64,000 bases of DNA from Candidatus Roizmanbacteria bacterium RIFCSPLOWO2_02_FULL_40_13 (GTDB taxonomy: Bacteria > Patescibacteriota > Microgenomatia > UBA1406 > GWC2-37-13). Made by a program: the position numbers and the translations under genes. The stretch spans positions 28,507 to 92,506 of the forward strand of contig MGBA01000021.1 in NCBI GenBank assembly GCA_001789965.1, given 5' to 3'. The stretch's first letter is position 1. Every line of letters begins with the position of its first letter. Shown here piece by piece: positions 59,064 to 64,000 of the stretch. The notes under the pieces were generated by a model. It was given only the letters and a program-made list of their open reading frames with translations, did no database searches and had not been told where the DNA came from.

Positions 59064-60170
59064 TTACAATGTCTTTGACGTAATAAATTGCAATAAATTA
59101 TTAGAGAAATTCGCCTTATCGAATTGTTTTACTTGTTCCGGACCCTGAGTCTTCGTTGACCTCCTCAGATTGTATGAGATTCTCTCAAATCTTTCAAGAG
59201 CGTCCGCTAGTGATTTTTCATTCGGTCTGTCAAAAAACAATCCTGTTTTTCCCTCTATGACGGTCTCAAGAGAGCCCCCTTTCTTAAGAGATATGACGGG
59301 AAGTCCAAAAAACTGAGCTTCAAGCGCGACATATCCAAAATCTTCCTCTTGAGATATAATGAGCGCTTTGGCGCTCCTGTAAAGAGATACGAGTTCAGAA
59401 TCTGAAATGTTTTTGAGAAACTTGATATTTGGAGAAGCGATTGCTTTTAGTTTTTTTTCAAGCGTTCCCTGTCCGACGATGACCAGAGGGACCCCTCTTT
59501 TATTAAAAACATTAATTGCGAGTTCGACATTCTTATACGGTTCAAGTCGGGAGACAATTAGAAAAAACTTTTCTGATTTAGTTTCTTTTTTTTTGTTATT
59601 TTTTATTTCGGTCCAGTATGAAGTGTCAAATGGAGGGTAGATAACCTCAGAACTGCGTTTGTAATATTGTCGACTTCTTTTTTTTACAGCTTCTGATATA
59701 GAGATGATAAAGTCCGGTCGTTGAGCTGCAGCAAAATCCCACATTCGATAAAAGCGTGCGCTACGCCTAAAAAGCGAATTCGTAAGATATTGTTCTGGAT
59801 TAACCCATAAAAAGCGCGTAGGAGTAAGAAGATATAAAATATGCAGAGTATTGGGAGATGTAACTATTCCCTTTGCAAAAGAAGACGAAACCGAAATCAC
59901 CAAATCATATAAGGAAAAGTCAAATGACTCAAATGCATATGGGTAAAAGGGAGAGGATAAGACTCTGTTTCTTTTCACAATAGATGGGAGTTTCTGAATA
60001 AAAGAGGAAGTTATGGGCAGTTCGGATGCCCACTGTGCTTTCTTAAGGTCAACGTAGGAGGTGAAAAACTGCGCATTCGGAAACAATTCACGTAAAGAAA
60101 GAAGCACGCGTTCAACACCTCCCCACTTATCGATCCAATCATAGACAATCGCAACTTTTTTCTTTTTCAT
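59064..60170 (-). CDS. Family 4 (GT-B fold) glycosyltransferase
   Basis: 368-aa ORF with EDFGYVALEAQFFGLPVISLKKGGSLETV...GKTGLFF. Confidence 0.82.
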   Translation of the reverse strand: MKKKKVAIVYDWIDKWGGVERVLLSLRELFPNAQFFTSYVDLKKAQWASELPITSSFIQKLPSIVKRNRVLSSPFYPYAFESFDFSLYDLVISVSSSFAKGIVTSPNTLHILYLLTPTRFLWVNPEQYLTNSLFRRSARFYRMWDFAAAQRPDFIISISEAVKKRSRQYYKRSSEVIYPPFDTSYWTEIKNNKKKETKSEKFFLIVSRLEPYKNVELAINVFNKRGVPLVIVGQGTLEKKLKAIASPNIKFLKNISDSELVSLYRSAKALIISQEEDFGYVALEAQFFGLPVISLKKGGSLETVIEGKTGLFFDRPNEKSLADALERFERISYNLRRSTKTQGPEQVKQFDKANFSNNLLQFITSKTL

Positions 60171-60174
60171 ACTA

Positions 60175-61932
60175 TTACTTAACCGTAACGCTTTTTGCTA
60201 AGTTTCTTGGTCTGTCGGGATTTACTCCTTTTGCAAGCGCGGTGAAGTAGCCAAGAAGCTGTCCAACTACAGCATACGAGATGAGAGTCGCCTCTTTTGT
60301 ATCCTTTACATTGATAAATTCATCAAAGATGCTATTGTTTTTGCTTGATATTCCTATAACGTACGCTCCCCGAGCCTTTACTTCATAGGCAGAAGATAAA
60401 GTATCTTGGTAGGTCTCATCTTCAGGGTTAAGTACGAGAACAGGGGTTCCTGTTTCAATGAGAGCCATGACGCCGTGTTTAAGTTCTCCACCCGCAAACC
60501 CTTCAGCATGGACATACGAGGACTCCTTTAGTTTTAACGCGGTTTCGAGAGCGATCGGGTATGACGGTCCGCGTCCAAGGACATAGACATGGCTTTTTTT
60601 AGATAGTTTTTTTGCAATCTGTTTGTTTTGTTTTGAAGTAAGAATTTTTTTTATCTCTTCCACCGATTCTAGAACAAGTTTTTTACCTGTTTCAAATTCT
60701 CCCCTCAGTGTGTATGCGGTTAAAAGAAGAGCGGCAAGCTTGGTACTAAAGGCTTTGGTTGAAACAACAGCCTGTTCGGGTCCGGCAGAAAGCAGGAGTT
60801 GGTAGTCTGCTTGTCGGTAAAGAGTAGACCCGTAGACGTTGGTGAGCGCATAGATTTTAGCCTTTTTTTCTTTCGCGTGTTTTATAGAGGAGATAATGTC
60901 TATAGTTTCTCCTGATTGAGAAAGTGGAATTACCAGACTTTCTTTTTTTAGAAAATCTACAAGATATGAGAACTCGGATCCAATAGCAGGGTTAATGTGG
61001 CGTTTAGCGATAGTTGAAAAAAGATACGATCCCGCAAGACACGCATAAAATGCCGTACCGCATCCGATAAGATACGACCCGAAAGCTTTATCAATTTTTT
61101 GGGCAAGATTACGGATCTCTTTTTCTTTTGTCGCGACGAACTCCGAAAGGATTTTAGGTTGTTCGTGGATCTCCTTTTCCATGTAGTGCGAGTATGCTCC
61201 CATCTCCCGTCCCCTGACATCTTGAGAAAAGGCAGTAAGTGCCAGTTTGAGTTCTTTTCCCGATGAAGAGTTGAGGGAGTACGAATTTTTTCCAAACGAA
61301 AGAAGGGTTTCATCGTCAAGAAAGTATATTTTTTCAACATCTTTAGGAAAAGCGATGACGTCTGAAGAAAGGTAGAAAGACTTCTTTTTTTTGTCCGTTC
61401 CGAATATAAGCGGAGAACTGTTTTTAATAGCATAAAGTTCATTACTCTTTGGAAAGAAAACTATGATTGCATTTAGCCCTTTGAGTTTTTGAAACGTTTT
61501 TAGAACTGCTCGTTTAGAATCCTTACTTTTGCTCAACTCTTGTTCGATGAGGTGCGCAACGACCTCGGTGTCAGTTTTTGAAACAAATGAATGTTTTCGA
61601 AGAAATTTACTTGCGAGTTCCCGGTAATTTTCAATAATACCATTGTGAACAACGATAATATCGCCTGAACAATCGGTATGCGGGTGAGCGTTGATTTTAT
61701 TTACTCCGCCGTGCGTTGCCCATCTTGTGTGTCCGATTCCCGTAGAACCCGTGAGTTTTGGATCTTCAGCAAGATTTATTTTTCCCGGCTTTTTTTTAAT
61801 AGTAGTCTTTCCCTTGCTGGTTACTGCGATACCCCATGAATCATATCCACGGTATTCAAGCAATTTAAGTCCGGATAAGATAACAGAGCTAACGATGGTT
61901 TCTTTTCCTGAGTATCCAAATATGCCGCACAT
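60175..61932 (-). CDS. glmS: Glutamine--fructose-6-phosphate aminotransferase
   Basis: 585-aa ORF. MCGIFGY N-terminal nucleophile, two SIS domains, and a C-terminal NLAKSVTV. Confidence 0.95.
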   Translation of the reverse strand: MCGIFGYSGKETIVSSVILSGLKLLEYRGYDSWGIAVTSKGKTTIKKKPGKINLAEDPKLTGSTGIGHTRWATHGGVNKINAHPHTDCSGDIIVVHNGIIENYRELASKFLRKHSFVSKTDTEVVAHLIEQELSKSKDSKRAVLKTFQKLKGLNAIIVFFPKSNELYAIKNSSPLIFGTDKKKKSFYLSSDVIAFPKDVEKIYFLDDETLLSFGKNSYSLNSSSGKELKLALTAFSQDVRGREMGAYSHYMEKEIHEQPKILSEFVATKEKEIRNLAQKIDKAFGSYLIGCGTAFYACLAGSYLFSTIAKRHINPAIGSEFSYLVDFLKKESLVIPLSQSGETIDIISSIKHAKEKKAKIYALTNVYGSTLYRQADYQLLLSAGPEQAVVSTKAFSTKLAALLLTAYTLRGEFETGKKLVLESVEEIKKILTSKQNKQIAKKLSKKSHVYVLGRGPSYPIALETALKLKESSYVHAEGFAGGELKHGVMALIETGTPVLVLNPEDETYQDTLSSAYEVKARGAYVIGISSKNNSIFDEFINVKDTKEATLISYAVVGQLLGYFTALAKGVNPDRPRNLAKSVTVK

Positions 61933-61944
61933 AAGCGTAGCTAT

Positions 61945-61953
61945 ATTCTAACA
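61945..61953 (-). promoter_or_regulatory. Candidate extended -10 promoter (TGTTAGAAT) for glmS, 12 nt from the ATG
   Basis: The minus strand reads TGTTAGAAT-atagctacgctt-ATG, in the 36-nt gap after the exonuclease gene. Confidence 0.35.
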
Positions 61954-61968
61954 GAAGGAAACAAAAGC

Positions 61969-62889
61969 CTAGAATAAGTTAATCTGGTCGTCTGAAGTCT
62001 TTTTCTTTGGTTTTGGAGCCGGAACCGGTCTTTCATTAAAAAAACGTTGTATAAGCGAATTCATCTCAAGTTCTGAAAAACTTTTTTTTAGCTCAGGAGT
62101 GAATCCATCAAAACGTGCCTTTTTCATATCAAAAGAGATTTTAGCATCGGTTACTATCTCTGATAGTTGTTTGGCAAGAAGAATGTCTTTTTTGTGACCG
62201 AGCAAAATCTTTTTGATCTTTTCCTCCTTAATTTTTGGAAGGCTGGAAAAAATATTTTCTAAGGTTTTATATTGATCAACAAGTCTCGCCGCTGTTTTTG
62301 GACCGATTCCTTTTGCTCCTTTGTAGTTATCAGAGGGATCTCCTGCGAGCGCTTTCCAGTCTGGTATTTGAGATGGGTCGACAAATAACTTTTTTTTCAC
62401 CTCTTCAACGTTATAAATTTTTGTATTACTAAATCCAATCTGAGGACTGACTACAAAAACATTTTCATCCACTAACTGCATAATATCTTTATCTCCGGTT
62501 AAGATAAGAATTTTCGTATTTTTGTCCTTTGCTTTTACAACGATCGTTCCAATGATATCGTCTGCTTCTAATCCATCTTGTTCTTCGCGATAAATCTTGG
62601 TTTTATCGAGGAGATCTTTAAGAAGTGGAATTTGAGTCCTGAACTCATCTGCCATTTCCGGACGATGAGCCTGGTATTCCTTATGAAGTTTTTGCCGGAA
62701 CGTTTGAGCAGGAGTGTCAAAACAAACTACGATATACTTTGGATTAAAATCTTGAATTGCTTTATAGAGCATCGTGAAAAATCCATAGATAACATTGGTC
62801 GGTATTCCTTTTTTCGTTTTAAAGGGAGGGATGGCGTGAAACGCGCGGTGCATTATGGCATTGCCATCAATGACGAGCAGGGTGTTCAT
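61969..62889 (-). CDS. Stand-alone 5'-3' exonuclease (Pol I N-terminal / FEN-like domain only)
   Basis: 306-aa ORF with LLVIDGNAIMHRAFHA, FDTPAQTFR, GDKDIMQLV and the H3TH GIGPKTAARL. No polymerase domain follows. Confidence 0.88.
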   Translation of the reverse strand: MNTLLVIDGNAIMHRAFHAIPPFKTKKGIPTNVIYGFFTMLYKAIQDFNPKYIVVCFDTPAQTFRQKLHKEYQAHRPEMADEFRTQIPLLKDLLDKTKIYREEQDGLEADDIIGTIVVKAKDKNTKILILTGDKDIMQLVDENVFVVSPQIGFSNTKIYNVEEVKKKLFVDPSQIPDWKALAGDPSDNYKGAKGIGPKTAARLVDQYKTLENIFSSLPKIKEEKIKKILLGHKKDILLAKQLSEIVTDAKISFDMKKARFDGFTPELKKSFSELEMNSLIQRFFNERPVPAPKPKKKTSDDQINLF

Positions 62890-64000
62890 TTGAGTTTTTG
62901 CTTTAGTCCTACTATGCTTTCGAATTCGTCCTGATCAAGGCTCTCTTTTTTGACCAGCTCTTTTGCAACTTTTTCCAGAGCCACTTTATTTTTTCTTATA
63001 ATTGAAACCGCTTTATCATAGCACTCGGTAATGATTCTTTTTACTTCAGCGTCAATTTTTCCCAGTACTTCCTGCGAAACCACATTTTCCTGATAATATG
63101 CTTTTCCCATTTGGGTGATATCCATATTGGGTCCGAAATTAATAGGACCAAGATCACTCATTCCGTATTCTATGACCATTGCTTTTGCGATCGTAGTTGC
63201 CTGATCAAAGTCATTTGCCGCACCTGTCGTGATTTCACCAAAGAAAATGTCTTCTGCTGCACGTCCACCCATCATGACAGATATTCTTTCCAAAAGATGC
63301 GACTTGGTCTCATGGAGCTTGTCAGCAACAGGGGGGATTAGGGTAAACCCAAGAGCCATACCTCTTGAGACAATGGATATTCTATGAACAGGATCGGTGT
63401 GGGTCAAGAAATGGGAAACTACCGCGTGACCCGCCTCATGATATGCGGTAAGTTTTTTATCAAGATCAGACTGAAGTCTTTTTTTCTCAGGTCCAAGTTT
63501 TACCTTAGTCGCAGCTTCTTCAAGGTCCTGCATGAGTATTTTATCCCGCGCTTCGCGCGCAACAAGAATAGCCGCCTCGTTTAACATGTTTTCCAGATCA
63601 GCTCCTGAAAATCCGACGGTTCTTTTTGCGACTTTATCCCAGTTTATGCCGTCAGTAAATGGTTTGTTACGTGCATGAATTTTAAGTATTGCCTTTCTTC
63701 CCTCAAGATCCGGATAATCAACGATGATTCTTCGGTCAAAACGGCCTGGTCTTAATAGCGCAGGGTCAAGAAGATCTCCGCGATTTGTAGCAGCAATTAC
63801 AACAACTTGTTCGGTAGGAGTAAATCCATCCATCTCGACCAAGATCTGATTGAGCGTTTGTTCGCGCTCATCGTGAGAAGGCATGACGCCGACCGAACGA
63901 GCTCGTCCAATCGCATCAACCTCGTCGATAAAGATAATGGCTGGAGTATTTTTCTTCGCTGTTGCAAATAAATCCCGCGCTCGTGCAGCTCCAATTCCCA
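62886..64000 (-). CDS. ftsH: ATP-dependent zinc metalloprotease FtsH (C-terminal part; the 5' end lies beyond the window)
   Basis: The reading frame is open to the window edge ([32 protein letters not shown], Walker B / SRH region), followed by [18 protein letters not shown] and the zinc motif HEAGHAV. Confidence 0.95.
   Translation of the reverse strand, partial: GIGAARARDLFATAKKNTPAIIFIDEVDAIGRARSVGVMPSHDEREQTLNQILVEMDGFTPTEQVVVIAATNRGDLLDPALLRPGRFDRRIIVDYPDLEGRKAILKIHARNKPFTDGINWDKVAKRTVGFSGADLENMLNEAAILVAREARDKILMQDLEEAATKVKLGPEKKRLQSDLDKKLTAYHEAGHAVVSHFLTHTDPVHRISIVSRGMALGFTLIPPVADKLHETKSHLLERISVMMGGRAAEDIFFGEITTGAANDFDQATTIAKAMVIEYGMSDLGPINFGPNMDITQMGKAYYQENVVSQEVLGKIDAEVKRIITECYDKAVSIIRKNKVALEKVAKELVKKESLDQDEFESIVGLKQKLK

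Noticed and set aside
60957-61442. 161-aa alternative-frame minus-strand ORF inside glmS
   Set aside because: GlmS is continuous and conserved across this stretch. The ORF is an out-of-frame artefact of AT-rich sequence.
1-64000. Alternative genetic code (UGA recoded, as in some CPR lineages)
   Set aside because: TGA terminates several well-delimited genes at their expected lengths, for example L16 at 4004-4006, the GT2 gene at 16838-16840 and rpsT at 52766-52768. All conserved proteins are full length under the standard code.

Overview
This is a compact, AT-rich bacterial chromosome segment that is almost entirely coding. I call 78 protein genes and one tRNA. Most spacers are under 100 bp and many neighbouring genes share 1-4 nt overlaps. 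I found no rRNA, CRISPR array, transposase, integrase or prophage block.

Layout:
- 1-18.5 kb (+ strand): one uninterrupted ribosomal super-operon, running from the S10 operon (L3 onward) through spc, secY, L33, adk, map, infA, L36, the alpha operon and L13/S9. It continues without a visible terminator into three cell-envelope glycosylation genes.
- 18.5-64 kb: housekeeping and envelope genes. These include serS, class I lysK, alaS and glyQS; guaA, guaB, pyrF and rdgB; secA, greA, tpiA, glmS and ftsH; PBP1A, sortase, LCP, VanW and DsbA-like genes; a DUF4012, sugar-transferase, ManC and GT4 cluster; and PilN/PilO-like genes.

The gene content suggests a reduced Candidate Phyla Radiation (Patescibacteria) genome, possibly Microgenomates-like. 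The lineage is inference only. Supporting features:
- L30 is absent between S5 and L15.
- LysRS is class I.
- Several enzymes are domain-trimmed: IMPDH lacks the CBS module, AlaRS lacks C-Ala, RecO is short, and the 5'-3' exonuclease is stand-alone.
- The envelope toolkit is of the monoderm type.
- The standard genetic code applies, since TGA is used as a stop.

Observations most worth follow-up:
1. A co-directional cluster of an orphan solute-binding protein, a 692-aa bitopic protein (degenerate actin-like cytoplasmic domain, TM segment, Baseplate_J-like ectodomain), a sortase and PBP1A.
2. Six tightly coupled genes: rpsT, PilN-like, PilO-like, a 61-aa membrane protein, an FN3/Ig surface protein and a Thr/Pro-rich surface protein, with no PilM.
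3. Two domain fusions: class I LysRS with a B3/4 domain, and Adk with a UPF0200-type kinase.
4. S19 relocated from the L2/L22 junction to between S14 and S8.
5. Triosephosphate isomerase with Asp in place of the catalytic Glu.
6. Expression signals dominated by extended -10 elements sitting 8-13 nt from start codons, and by Shine-Dalgarno-less junctions.
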